Positions 1 through 11,800 of a DNA stretch of 64,000 nt are shown here, one piece after another (position 1 is the first letter of the stretch; each line of letters opens with the position of its first letter). The DNA is from Eimeria praecox. Its lineage: Eukaryota. Below the pieces are notes generated by a model that was given only the letters and a program-made list of their open reading frames with translations, searched no databases and was not told where the DNA came from. The translations under genes and the position numbers were made by a program. The stretch lies in assembly GCA_963920595.1 (NCBI GenBank), contig OY986947.1, forward strand, positions 2,356,001-2,420,000, in the 5' to 3' direction.

Positions 1-834
1 CGCCGCACAAGCCCGTTGCAATTGGTGTCAATATACTTAGAGGTGAATATATGGCTTGAAAACAGAAAAATTCAATTTTCCACGGGATCAACAAGAGCCC
101 GAGAGTTCACAAAAGCGATTGCCTACGCGCTACACGGGCAACTGGTGAGCGCCCTTACCATGCCATGACTATGCCATACCATAGTATATACACTGCTGAA
201 CCTCAGCAGGAGTAACTCCTGTACACTGTAAGGCGTCTGCTGCAGCAGATGCAGCAAGCCTTGCTGCCCACGTTGCGTTGCACGTGGTGAGTGCCCCCCT
301 TAGGTAGCTGGTGGTTGGGAGTTCCCTCGCCGGCCAAAACCACAGCTTCCCCCTTTTTAACCTACCTCCCATGATGTTCACTCCATGGGAAAACCTAAAG
401 AAAGGATGAGTAAATAAACGATCCCAACAAAAGAGCGCCAGCAGCTGCGTAGGCAGCAGCACACCTGTTACATGGCCGGAGACGCCGAGTGCCGCCGAGG
501 ATCCCTCCCTTATTCCACTCGAAACAACAGCCTGTAAGCTATTTCACCCGCCGTTTCTGTAGAATATGCAGGCAAAAGTGTGAAGGAGATCCACATGAAG
601 CTGCTTCCATCTACTCTGCCCATCTTCCCCCATCGATGAGCAAGCTGGCCCCCGGGCTAGCAGCGCCTAGAGGTCATTTGCATCATATTCCTGCCCAGGT
701 TATGAACTCGACGTTCTTCGCCATATTAAGATGCAGCTTAAGGCTCACTAAGCTCCCTTTTTAACGGTGAAGTAGCGAGGCTTGCTTTTTAGAGGCAATC
801 TGGCGCCGGTTGGAGGAACACTGACCGCCAGGGC

Positions 835-1239
835 ATGGTAGTGCGCAGCAATACATTGTTAGCCAGAAACCATCGCTTGAGGTTAGATGAACTGAAATAA
901 GATTAATTTCGATTAACTTAAAAATGCTAAGGAAAAGGGAGCTTTGCTTAAAGCCAAATTAGGCTTAAGCTCAGTACCATTATGCACACAGCGTAGGGCT
1001 TTCAGTGTCGCTGCACACATTCCCCAGCAAAGGGCCAGCAGGGGCCCTTACCAGCGGATTGTGCGTGCGGCCAAGGAGTGGGAGCGCTTTTTTTTCTGGA
1101 AGATGAGACTCTTAGGAGATATAGGTCACGCTCCCTAACGTATATTTCAGCGTAATTAATGATCAGACAGTGTAGTGCACCTAGATGACTACTAGTTAGG
1201 GAGTATACGGACGAGCAAGGCCGGGACAGGCTCAGTACA
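835..1239. mobile_element. ~405-bp insertion in the conserved upstream region of copy 1 (possible solo LTR or other element remnant)
   Basis: Upstream homology with the other copies stops at ~834 and resumes at ~1240. It is flanked by direct repeat CAGGGC (829-834, 1240-1245), with ends (A)TGGTAGTG...CAGTACA. Confidence 0.4.
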
Positions 1240-1404
1240 CAGGGCCTTCACCAATGCAGTTATGTTCCTTTGCTCCTGGCCAGTCCCTGCTCGACGTTCG
1301 TTCTATTTCCTGTTTGAATCACGTGACTCGGTCTTGCTTGTCTTTTCCTGACGGGATGCACTCAAATCATACCAGCAGCAGAGCAAGCCGTTTGCCCGTC
1401 AGTA

Positions 1405-3915
1405 ATGCACGGCTGGAGCGACAATGCGTGGGAGGCATCCTCTGGGGAGGCCGTGCGGCCTGTTACCTCGAGAAGTATCGGAAAGAGGCGGAATAGGGGC
1501 ACTGGGGGGCGCAGTGTGAGCCTGTTGTCTCTTGCTGCCCTTGCTGCTGTGGCAGCAGCGTACTTAGTGCTCCGGTGTGGCCTTTATTTGGCAGGGGCCA
1601 GCAGCCGCAGAGAAGTCGAGAGATATCTAGCAGGATCAGAAGGGAGGGTGAACAAAGGCGTGGGAGAGACTTGTGGTGATCCGGTGGAAGATCCCCCTGC
1701 TGCAGCAGATGCTGCTGCTGAGGAAGAGGCAGAGGAGGAAGCTCTTGTTGAGGGTGATTTGTTGAAGCGGGCTCGCCGTTATGCTGTTGAACTAAGACGG
1801 TTGATACATAGCAGTGAGCCTCTGGTGCAGCAGCTGAACCCTAAACTGAAAGCCAAGTGCATATCAGCGTTTTTATGTCTGTCTCTGGTGGAGTTATCTG
1901 CTTCGTTCTCCGTGTTGGAAGGAAAAGAAAGGGCCGAGATGCAAAGAGAAGTAACTCCAATTTACAGGCGAATATGGTCTCTCCGCGACAGTTTAGGCAG
2001 CGTTGGCATTTCCCAGGCGCAGCACCGGCATATCAAATGCCTACACCTGTTCCTTCCTAGACTCGCAGAAGTGGAGCCCACTACAGCGGCCCTGGCGGAG
2101 AGGCAGCGGCTGCAGATACTTGAAAATCTGCTGCAGCTGCAGGAGGTGGCCTTGGGACAGCTTAACGCGGGACTATTCTGGCTACGGGTGTCTTTAGGGA
2201 GCTCTAAAAAGGCAAATGATGAAGCAGGATATGTTGCAGCTGCAGCTGCAGCTGGTGAAGGTTCTGCATCATCTGGTGAGGGTGCTGCTTCGACTCCTGA
2301 GGGTGCTGCAGCTGCCGCAGATGCTAGAATTGCTGCAGTTGTTGAGGCTATCGCAGAGACTGTGCACAGACGCAGGGCACATGTTGTTCTCGACCCACTT
2401 CTCAGCGCTTGGCTGCGGAAGGTGCACACAGAGAATCCTCGCCACTTCTTACTTGGCCGGGGACGTTTCGACGTGATGACCCAAAGATCCAAGCAAAACC
2501 ATACCGAACTCTTACAATCCCTACAGACCACTCCGCTAGGATGGGGAGACGAACCCTGGAACCACGTTCGCCTCAAGGCTGCCGGTACAAAGCAGAGGCC
2601 TGTCGCTTCTTCTGTCACCGAGGCGCCCTCCCCAAAAGACCGAGGAGACGAAATGCCTCATCGCGGGAGCCCAAGCCGTTCTCCTGGAGCTTTAGGGCCG
2701 CTAAAGCCTCCTTGCCAAGCGTCAAGAAAAAGGGCCGGCGCTAAGGGATCTGCCCTCGTTTCTACATCTCCCAGCACGTCTGCTGCTGCTCCTGCTGGTG
2801 AGCGGAAGGGGAAGCACGGGGCATTGCAGTCCACCACTCCACGAATGGCAGGCTCTATGCGTAGTCAGCATAAGGTAGTCTCACGTGTCTCATCGCCTAC
2901 TGCTGCAGGCCACCTCACAGGTTCTGCAGTGTCCTCCCCTCCCGAACCTGCATTGTCCTCCCCTCCCGAACCTGCTGCTGCCTCCTCAGCGCGCGGTCGG
3001 GCCTCGCGAGCCAAACGGGCCTCCAAGGGATCGGGTGTCACTTCTGTATGGAGGGCTTCACCGGCTTCTCTCCCTCCCGGAGGAGCCTTACCGAGACCTC
3101 CCACCTCTTCTTCTGTAGCAGCTGTTTCTGGAGCTGCTGCCCATGCTCCTGAACCCTACGCTTTGTTCAAGCCAAGTGCTGCTGATGCTCAGCGACGACA
3201 TTCTGCTGCTCACCCCCCTGTTGCTTCAGCTCCATCTGCTGCTGCCTGGGCTTCAATAGTAGCAGGTAAAGGCTTGCGTGCCTCTACAGCCTCACAACCC
3301 TCGGCAGCATCACACGCCCCCCCCGGTTCTGGCTTTGATCGCACGCCAGGCGCGTCAAGGCCCCGTCCCGACGACCCCTTTCCACCCCTCCCGCGACGGC
3401 ATGCGCCAAGTCGTTCTCCCTTGCCTGACACGAGAGCTGGAGATTCGCCATTGCAGACCACAGGGGAAGAAGGAAGCACTCTTCGAGCAGGAGAACATGG
3501 GTCGGAATCTTCGTCATCGCAGTTGGAGGCACCTGCCTCGCAACCGTTGCCTGTTTCTTCCTCTGGACAGCCAACTTCTCCTTCATCTTCAGAACAAGCA
3601 AGCCCACAAGTTCCTGTGGATATCTACGGCAACCCGCTTACTCTCACTGCATGGCAGCTTCCCGAAAGAGCCCCACACAGTCCCACTCCCTCATCCTTGC
3701 CCAGTGAAGAGCGCGATGAGCCCAAAACTCCACCAAGTCCTTCAACAATTGCTATAGGATTTGAGCAACTTAAAAATCTCTTCATGGGGGCATCGGGCCA
3801 ACAGCCGGATACAGGCCCATCAACAGCAGCACCAGCTCCCGCAGCTGGTGACGCAGCAAGCTCTGGAGCATTTGATTCCTCACCAGCTTCTAGCGGGTGT
3901 GCAGAAGACAGTTAG
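1405..3915 (+). CDS. Lineage-specific multigene family protein, copy 1 (836 aa, intronless, N-terminal hydrophobic anchor plus RxLA motif)
   Basis: Long ORF homologous to five others in the window (AAYLVLRCGLYL, RYLAG, AKCISAFLCLSLVELSA, TPLGWGDEPW, VDIYGNPL...W.LPE, GFEQLKNLF). The codon aligned with the paralogs' start Met is ACT at 1360, so ATG 1405 is the first in-frame start. Confidence 0.85.
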   Translation: MHGWSDNAWEASSGEAVRPVTSRSIGKRRNRGTGGRSVSLLSLAALAAVAAAYLVLRCGLYLAGASSRREVERYLAGSEGRVNKGVGETCGDPVEDPPAAADAAAEEEAEEEALVEGDLLKRARRYAVELRRLIHSSEPLVQQLNPKLKAKCISAFLCLSLVELSASFSVLEGKERAEMQREVTPIYRRIWSLRDSLGSVGISQAQHRHIKCLHLFLPRLAEVEPTTAALAERQRLQILENLLQLQEVALGQLNAGLFWLRVSLGSSKKANDEAGYVAAAAAAGEGSASSGEGAASTPEGAAAAADARIAAVVEAIAETVHRRRAHVVLDPLLSAWLRKVHTENPRHFLLGRGRFDVMTQRSKQNHTELLQSLQTTPLGWGDEPWNHVRLKAAGTKQRPVASSVTEAPSPKDRGDEMPHRGSPSRSPGALGPLKPPCQASRKRAGAKGSALVSTSPSTSAAAPAGERKGKHGALQSTTPRMAGSMRSQHKVVSRVSSPTAAGHLTGSAVSSPPEPALSSPPEPAAASSARGRASRAKRASKGSGVTSVWRASPASLPPGGALPRPPTSSSVAAVSGAAAHAPEPYALFKPSAADAQRRHSAAHPPVASAPSAAAWASIVAGKGLRASTASQPSAASHAPPGSGFDRTPGASRPRPDDPFPPLPRRHAPSRSPLPDTRAGDSPLQTTGEEGSTLRAGEHGSESSSSQLEAPASQPLPVSSSGQPTSPSSSEQASPQVPVDIYGNPLTLTAWQLPERAPHSPTPSSLPSEERDEPKTPPSPSTIAIGFEQLKNLFMGASGQQPDTGPSTAAPAPAAGDAASSGAFDSSPASSGCAEDS

Positions 3916-6900
3916 CAACCTTGGGGGGCGCGTTCTGATGGGAGGCTTTGGCCGTTTGCTCGCTTTTAGGTGTATAAAGAGCGGGAAGCTTTTGATCTTG
4001 ATAGTCGGCGCGGAAAGCAGATCTCATCGGGGACCTCCTGCCTATTTTTTATTCAACTCCCCATCAATGTGAAGGCCATTGCCTAAGAGGTGGAATTATA
4101 AAATAGGGCTCGCCATCCCATTGCATATACAAGGTGCCACGGAGGGAAGAATGCAAGGGGACCTGTGAAGGTCTGGCTGATGCTTTCCGCAGGACTGCAC
4201 ATATGTTCTTATTACGGGGCGCTTTAGCCACCGTGCCCTGGTTTAAGGCGGCGATTAGAGTATTTGTTGTTTTGGAAGCACAAAGCGTAGTAGACAGCAA
4301 CTCAATGCTAAAATTGTAGTGCCCCGCTCTATGATAGCGTGGGTTAGTGCCCTTCAATATTTTTAAGTAGTTGTGAAGATTTAGCCAGTCTCCTTGAGAA
4401 GAGCGTGAGAACAGGCAAATTTCGCGTTTTCTATGCTCTTCGTCTGCTTCTCCCTGCTGTGGCGCTTTCTGTAAGTTCTGCAGTTGCATCCTGCCGATGC
4501 AAGGAGGTTTGGGACTTGGCACGCTTTAGTGCAGTTCCGACATCCCGGAAACTGTTAGGGATAAAGGTGTCTCAAATTCAGCTTTTGCTTGGCTACGCAG
4601 GCAACGCACCGTTCCTGCTAAAGTTTCTTTGCAGGGAAATAACTGCACGGAACTGCAGCACAGCCCAACGGCATTTCTGTTGTTCGCTTGACGCTGACTG
4701 TTTAGCCTTTTCATCACAAAACAGGCCGTGCACGCAGCAAGAAAGGCAAATGACCGCAGTTGGTATGCATCATCTACTACTGAATCGGTTAAGATCACTG
4801 ACACCATGGCAACATCGCAACGCAGCCATTTCCACGAAAGATGAACCCCAATGCCCGCTGAATAGGTAGTTAAGCAAGAGGAAAGTGCTTGAAGATGTAA
4901 GCCATTAGAGCGCCACAAAGTCGAGATTGGATCGTGGCGAGTGGCAGATAGAGTCAAATGGCTTGATAAAAAGTAGGAGGTGCCCTGATACATGACTGCA
5001 GCCAAGCCAAACGGCTTGGCTGCAGTTTCTGAAAGACGCCTCCCTGCATGGGGGGCTGCAGCGAAGCTTGCTGCAGCTTGTGCTGCAAGGCAAGCCCAGA
5101 TGCGGCCATAAAGAGCTCCCTTTGCTGTATGCCCTGACAGTGTACACAAATTTTAAACACTCACTTGGCAGTCAGAAGTCGCCATGCGCACAAGTAGAAG
5201 ACCAACTTCAGAGCGAAGATGCTATAGCTGTTGCTGCTATTTTTGCTGTTCGCTGCTATGCAGCACCACAGAAAAAGCAACAACAGTAAATGCAACTGCA
5301 GGGATATTTACTGTAAAGTGTGGCGGTGGGGAGCTTCTGAGAAATTTAAAGTGTGGCGGTCGGGCTTCTCCAGCGTCATATCGTATAGCTGCACCGCCGC
5401 AGTTGTGTCAGGAATGCTTTCTTAGGAAACAGGGTAAGATTTCGAAGAAATCTTGTGCAACTCAACAATGGCCATTAGCACTTTCTGCGATGAAAAGGTG
5501 AATTGTTCAAAACCAAGTGAAAGGCAGCAGAGTTGCCGCCGTGCGTTGCATTTTCCTGAAACAACCATTCATTAAGGGCGACCTCCCGGTTGCATCACCA
5601 GGCAAAAGCTGGATTAAGGAAGAATTTCTTCCCAAGCGGTCGGTCGCCAGAGCTTGTAAGAAGTATACAAGCAAATCCCCAGGAATCCTTGCATCGGCTG
5701 CACCCAACTGCAGATCTTCCAGCACCTGCCAAAGCAGGGAGCGGCAGAAGGGGGAGCACTGAAAGAGATAAATGCACACTTTTATCTTGCCCCTCTCAAA
5801 ACGGATGGCTGTCGCCTCACAACTAATTTCAAATGTATATGAGCATAAAACCATGAAAGGATAACTGTCTGTTCGGTACTGCATCCTGAACTCCTACTAT
5901 ACAACCCGATCATATTTTTCTATACAACCCCCCACAGATTTTGGGGGTGCTGCATGCTTACGTGGAGACGCATGGACGAAGGTACGAACGCTGGCAGTAA
6001 TCAGGGCCTTAAACCAGGTTACGGTAGCCAAAGCGCCCCGTAATAAGAACACTTGTGCGATCCTTTGGAAAGCATCAACCAGACCTTCACAAATCCTCTT
6101 GCATTTTGCCAACTTGCCAAATTATTCCTGCAATAGAAGGCGTCAAACAATGCATCTCAATGTCACCTCTTAGGCAATGGCATTTGCATCGACGGGGAAA
6201 TGGATAAAAGGTAGGCAGGAGGTCCCTCATGAGATATGCCTTCCGCGCCGGCTATCAGGTTCAAAAGCCTCCCGCTCTTTATACACCTAAGACGAGAAAA
6301 TGGCCAACGCCTCCCCTCAGAACGGGCTCCCCAAGATTGCTAACTGTCTTCTGCATACTCGGTAGAATCAGGCGAGGAATCAAATGCTCCAACGCTTGCT
6401 GCATCATCAGCTGCGGGAGTTGGTGCTGCTCTCTATGGGCCTGTATCCGGCTGTTGGCGCGATGCCCCCATGAAGACCTTTTTTAGTTGCTCAAATCCTA
6501 CAGCAATTGTTGAAGGACCTGCTGGAGTTTTGGGCTCATCGCGCTCTTCACTGGGCACGGATGAGGGAGTCCGAATGTCTGAGGCTTTTTCGGGAAGCTG
6601 CCATGCAGTGAGAGTGAGCGGGTTGCCGTAGATATCCACAGGAACTTGTGGGCTTGCTTGTTCTGAAGATGAACGAGAAGTTGGCTGCCCAGAGGAAGAA
6701 ACAGGCAACGGATGCGAGGCAGCTGCCTCCAGCTGCGATGACGAAGATTCCGACCCATGTTCTCCTGCTCGAAGAGTGCTTCCTCCTTCCCCTGTGGTCT
6801 GCAATGGCGAATCTCCAGTTCTCGTGTCAGACAAGGGAGAACGACTTGGTGCATGCCGTCGCGGGAGGGGTGGAAAGGGGTCGTCAGGACGGGGCCTTGA

Positions 6901-8800
6901 CGCGCCCGGCGTGCGATCAAAGCCAGAACCGGGGGGGGCGGGTGATGCTGCCGAAGCTTGCGAGGCTGAAGAGGCACGCAAGCCTTTACCTGCTAATACT
7001 GAAGCCCAGGAAGCAGCAGATGGAGCTGAAGCAACAGGGGGGTTGGCAGCAGAATGTCGTCGCTGAGCATCAGCAGCACTTGGCTTGAACAAAGCGTAGG
7101 GTTCAGGAGCATGGGCAGCAGCTCCAGAAACAGCTGCTATAAAGGAAGAGGTGGGAGGTCTCGGCAAGGCTTCAGGAGAGGGAGAAGAGGGTGAAGCCCT
7201 CCTTACAGAAGTGACACCCGATCCCTTGGAGGCCCGTTTGGCTCGCGAAGCCCGACCGCGCGGTGAGGAGGCAGCAACAGGTTCCGGATGGGAAGATACT
7301 GCAGAACCTGTGAGGTGGTCTGCAGCAGTAGGCGGTGAGACACGTGAGGCCACCTTATGCTGACTACGCATAGAGCCTGCCATTCGTGGAGTGGTGGACT
7401 GCAATGCCCCGTGCTTCCCCTTCCGCTCACCAGCAGGAGCAGCAGCAGACGTGCTGGGAGATGTAGAAACGAGGGCAGATCCCTTAGCGCCGGCCCCTTT
7501 TCTTGACGCTTGGCAAGGAGGCTTTAGCGGCCCTAAAGCTCCAGGAGAACGGCTTGGGCTCTCGGGATGAGGCATTTTGTCTCCTCGGTCTTCTGGGGAG
7601 GGCGCCTCGGTGACAGAAGAAGCGACAGGCCTCTGCTTTGTACCGGCAGCCTCGAGGCGAACGTGGTTCCAGGGTTCGTCTCCCCATCCTAGCGGAGTGG
7701 TCTGTAGGGATTGTAAGAGTTGGCGATGGGTTTTGCTGGATTTTTGGGTTATCTGGTCGAAACGTCCCCGGCCAAGAACGAAGTAGCGAGGATTCTCTGT
7801 GTGCACCTTCCGCAGCCAAGCGCTGAGAAGTGGGTCGAGAAGAACATGTGCCCTGCGTCTGTGCACAGTCTCTGCGATAGCCTCAACAACTGCAGCAACT
7901 CTAGCATCTGCGGCAGCTGCAGCACCCTCAGGAGTCGAAGCAGCACCCTTAGCAGCTGAAGAAGCACCTTCAACAGCTGCAGCTGCAGCTGCAGCATCTC
8001 CTGCGTCATCACTTGCCTTTTTAGAGCTCCCTAAAGACACCCGTAGCCAGAATAGTCCCACGTTAAGCTGTCCCAAGGCCACCTCCTGCAGCTGCAGCAG
8101 ATGTTTAAGTATCTGCAGCCGCTGCCTCTCCGCGAGGGCCGCTGTAGTGGGCTCCACTTCTGCGAGTCTAGGAAGGAACAGGTGTAGGCATTTGATATGC
8201 CGGTGCTGCGCCTGGGAAATGCCAACGCTGCCTAAACTGTCGCGGAGAGACCATATTCGCCTGTAAATTGGAGTTACTTCTCTTTGCATCTCGGCCCTTT
8301 CTTTTCCTTCCAACACGGAGAACGAAGCAGATAACTCCACCAGAGACAGACATAAAAACGCTGATATGCACTTGGCTTTCAGTTGAGGGTTCAACTGCCG
8401 CACCAGAGGCTCACTGCTATCTATCAACCGTCTTAGTTCAACAGCATAACGGCGAGCCCGCTTCAACAAATCACCCTCAACAAGAGCTTCCTCCTCTGCC
8501 TCTTCCTCAGCAGCAGCATCTGCTGCAGCAGGGGGATTTTCCTCCGGATCACCACAAGTCTCTCCCACGCCTTTGTTCATCCTCCCTTCTGCCCCTGCCA
8601 GATGTCTCAGTGTGGCTCTTCTCTCGTTGGCGTTTGCCAAATAAAGGCCACACCGGAGCACTAAGTACGCTGCTGCCACAGCAGCAAAGGCGGCGAGAGC
8701 TACCACACTCATACTGAGCCCCCCAGTGCCCTCATTCCGCCTTCTTTGGATACTTCTAGAAGTAACAGGAAACACAACGTCCCCAAGGGAGACCTCCCAA
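1430..8800. repeat. Large inverted duplication: arms ~1430-4250 and ~6005-8800, spacer ~1.75 kb
   Basis: The copy 1 and copy 2 CDS and ~330-430 bp of 3' flank match in reverse complement, e.g. 4201-4248 vs 6006-6053. Confidence 0.9.
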
Positions 8801-8868
8801 GCAGAGTCGCTCTTGCCAGACAGAGACGTCGGGGGAGCGGCAACTTGTGCTGCTTCTCTGACTAGCAT
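6433..8868 (-). CDS. Same family, copy 2 (~811 aa from ATG 8868); inverted near-duplicate of copy 1
   Basis: ORF 6433..8946, first ATG at 8868 (MLVREAAQ). The core is almost identical to copy 1. It stops at TAG about 31 codons before the stop homologous to copy 1. Confidence 0.85.
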   Translation of the reverse strand: MLVREAAQVAAPPTSLSGKSDSAWEVSLGDVVFPVTSRSIQRRRNEGTGGLSMSVVALAAFAAVAAAYLVLRCGLYLANANERRATLRHLAGAEGRMNKGVGETCGDPEENPPAAADAAAEEEAEEEALVEGDLLKRARRYAVELRRLIDSSEPLVRQLNPQLKAKCISAFLCLSLVELSASFSVLEGKERAEMQREVTPIYRRIWSLRDSLGSVGISQAQHRHIKCLHLFLPRLAEVEPTTAALAERQRLQILKHLLQLQEVALGQLNVGLFWLRVSLGSSKKASDDAGDAAAAAAAVEGASSAAKGAASTPEGAAAAADARVAAVVEAIAETVHRRRAHVLLDPLLSAWLRKVHTENPRYFVLGRGRFDQITQKSSKTHRQLLQSLQTTPLGWGDEPWNHVRLEAAGTKQRPVASSVTEAPSPEDRGDKMPHPESPSRSPGALGPLKPPCQASRKGAGAKGSALVSTSPSTSAAAPAGERKGKHGALQSTTPRMAGSMRSQHKVASRVSPPTAADHLTGSAVSSHPEPVAASSPRGRASRAKRASKGSGVTSVRRASPSSPSPEALPRPPTSSFIAAVSGAAAHAPEPYALFKPSAADAQRRHSAANPPVASAPSAASWASVLAGKGLRASSASQASAASPAPPGSGFDRTPGASRPRPDDPFPPLPRRHAPSRSPLSDTRTGDSPLQTTGEGGSTLRAGEHGSESSSSQLEAAASHPLPVSSSGQPTSRSSSEQASPQVPVDIYGNPLTLTAWQLPEKASDIRTPSSVPSEERDEPKTPAGPSTIAVGFEQLKKVFMGASRQQPDTGP

Positions 8869-11800
8869 GGTGCCCACTAAGCTTAAGCCAAACAATAAAT
8901 AGAAGGAAAAGCAAGCAGGGGTTGCGCAGGAGCAAACGAGAACCACTGGACCGGAGTAGGCGTTCTGTGAGCGTTCACCGCTCCCTAAACGTCCATTGGA
9001 TCGTCCCTGAAAGCTCAGCTTCTCCTTATTACTTTTTGAAGGGGAGACTTACTGGGCATGAGCTGCAGCTGAAGACAGTGTAGGGACTTGCGTCCAGAAG
9101 CTAAGCTGGATTTGGAGCAAGTGACCGGCGCGTGCGGCTAGCAAGGTGGGCAGCCAGGATACCGTTAGGGAAAGGCAGGAGTGGGAGACAAAAGAGGCTT
9201 TAAATAGACCTGGTTGCCTCTTTGCATTCAGCCTTCACAAAAAACACTGCTCTGACAACGCAGACTTCATGCGTGGAACGTCCAGAGGGACCTCAGCGGC
9301 GATACCTAGACCGTGTCGGCGGTGTAGATGGGGTGCCCTTTCTGTTGCGAATTAATACTTTAAACTTCACGAGATGCAATTTGGGGGGCGACCAGGCAGT
9401 CGTGGTGAGAGAGGGAGCGCCAACACCCACCAGCAACTTTGGGCCGGAACCCATATCGAGCAGCGCCGGTAAGCAATAAGTGCTGCTGCCGCTACAGCAA
9501 GAGTTTTGCAACATTGTTAAGTTGCTTTTGCTGAGGGTTAGAAGCGCGTAGTGGGCCAGTTGTCGTTGTGGGGGCAAGCTCGATGGGCTTGCACGACGGC
9601 AGGCTTTGCAAAGAGCAACGGGGGCGCTCCCTTGATCTCCTGTCCCCTCCTGCTGCCGCTTCACGTTGAGATGCATCTAAACATCGTTCATCATGTGTGT
9701 GGCTTCGCCTCCGTGCCTACCGCTGTCCCCAGCTGCAGCAGGGCTCATCAGCCACTGCAGCGTCGGCAGAAACTCGAGCAGCCGTTGCTCGAGTTTCAGG
9801 CAGTCGACGGCACTCAGGGAGCCGGTGAAATGTATCTGGTGACCGGTGAGAGGGAGGAACGAGATGTGACGGTAGCACTTGCATATCCGTTGCGAGTCAA
9901 CTTTGCGCTCTTCCTAGTTCGTACTAGTGGTGAGGAGCTGCTATCACTAGATAACGCAAGCTGCAAGACGGGTCTAGTATCTAAAGCTGCGGGGACGGGG
10001 TGCAGTCTGTCCGCTTATTTGGGGACGCAATCTCTGCGACTGCGCTTCGTCGATGAGAGACAAGGCACGAAGGTCGGCAAAAGTCTAGGCGCAAAATGTG
10101 GTACCAGATCAGGAACTGGTCATCTTAGCTTGGCGTTGGGATTTCATGTTTGACACGTTAATCACAGCGTAATCCCTTGCATACGGTGTCTTAATAGAGG
10201 GTATGCTTGGGAGCACCAGACGATGTAGACCATTGAGGTCTGTATGCCCGGGAGACATGCGAAAGTACACTGCTCCACCCTTCAACAGTTTCCGATTCTC
10301 TAGAATCAGAAACTGTTGAAGGATGGATTGGTATGTATCAGTGCCCCAGGAAAAAAGTGGTCCGACTGCAACACGGTGCAAGGCCGGTGCCCGAGGCGGC
10401 TGAGCAGTGCAACAACTGCATCGTGATGGGTTCAAGAACACCACAATTCTGGAGGATTCGGTACAGTTGGACCGGAGGAAGAGGAGAGGCAGACGCATGC
10501 GAACCAAGGTTTTGGGATGCATTAGATAAAACAGAGCTTCGGAATGGCCGGCAGCCCGTTGAAAACACGTATACAGCAATTCCCGTAAGTCGGATAGGGC
10601 TCTTTGGTCGTCTTTCTGTGGCTGATGCCCATTGCATCGCAGGCTTAATCCAACCGAGCGCAAAGACAAAGCCATACCACTAATGTCAGATTTCTAAAAC
10701 GCTACAGCAACCCCATTGCTAAAAGGAACAACTGAAGGAGACTGAGATCCTGGACGCGCAAGTCAGCGGTGGAAGGCCAGGATATTGGCACTTCGAGTAG
10801 GATTTTGAGGATCACGTGCGTGAAGCACCTTTTTGTGGTGACTTAGGATCCGTGTGCAACTCAGCGGCGGTGAATACACGATGCGGCGCAACGTTGGGCT
10901 CCGTGTAAGCTGTCGCCAAGAATCGCTCTCTCGCATGTATAAAAGAACCAGTATCACTTTTGTGTGCACTCTCACTAGCTTTTACTACGACTTTCCTGAT
11001 GGAATCTACGCTCTACCTACTTTGGCGGCGGTGCGGCAGCATGTCCACTTTCCGCACTTGGGGGCTTGCCAGAAATCTCCCGCCTCGCGGTTAGTTTGCC
11101 GCTGTGCATTGGAGGCAGCTCATTCATACGTCTCCATAGGTTTATTCTCCCTCTTTTAAATGTGGCGCTCAGGAAAGGCAACTAGAATAACCTTTGGCAG
11201 GCTCGGGCGGCAACCGCGCCATGTGGCCAACTGCAGCAGCAAAAAGTGGCAGCAGATTCAATAAGCGCACCTGTGATTTGGATTGCTTAGGACAGGAACA
11301 TCAACACAACCATCACCAATAGCAACTACAATACCAACAGGAACAAAATCGTCAATGGACTCTGCTAAAGGCAGCCTTGCTGTTGGGGTGTGGGTAGGGT
11401 TACCTGATCGTGCCTTTCCAAATGCATGCGGCGGTACCTAGTGTAATGGGATTCCTCCGTCTGGGCCAAATAACGCTGCGAGCGGCAATTGAATTAAACG
11501 ACTTCAGATAAATGCTCCTCTAAAGCACGCCACCATCCCTTTAGCCTTCAGGCGAGAATAGCGGGCGAGCGCAGGGGGCTGCGTCGGACAGAAGGCAAGC
11601 CTGCCAAGCGCTGCAACGCAGATTCCTGCACGTTCCGGTGCACGGCAAGCAACCGTACGCAACTTCCACGTTCGGCATGCTCTAACACTGTAGAAAACTC
11701 ATAAAAGCCTCCGGGGTCCCCAGGAGCCATTATGCCCGCAAGGAGAAACCGACACGCTATCTTGCGGCAGGCAATGCTCTAGTTGCTGCTGCTGGCTGTT

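Noticed and set aside
1857..8717. Conserved overlapping or antisense ORFs (e.g. 1857..2060 and 8168..8371; 1962..2618 and 7799..8266)
   Set aside because: They are shadows of the duplicated main CDS; their identity reflects DNA identity.
9551..11730. Retrotransposon gag/pol remnants
   Set aside because: No RT (YxDD), RNase H, integrase or chromodomain motifs could be recognised.
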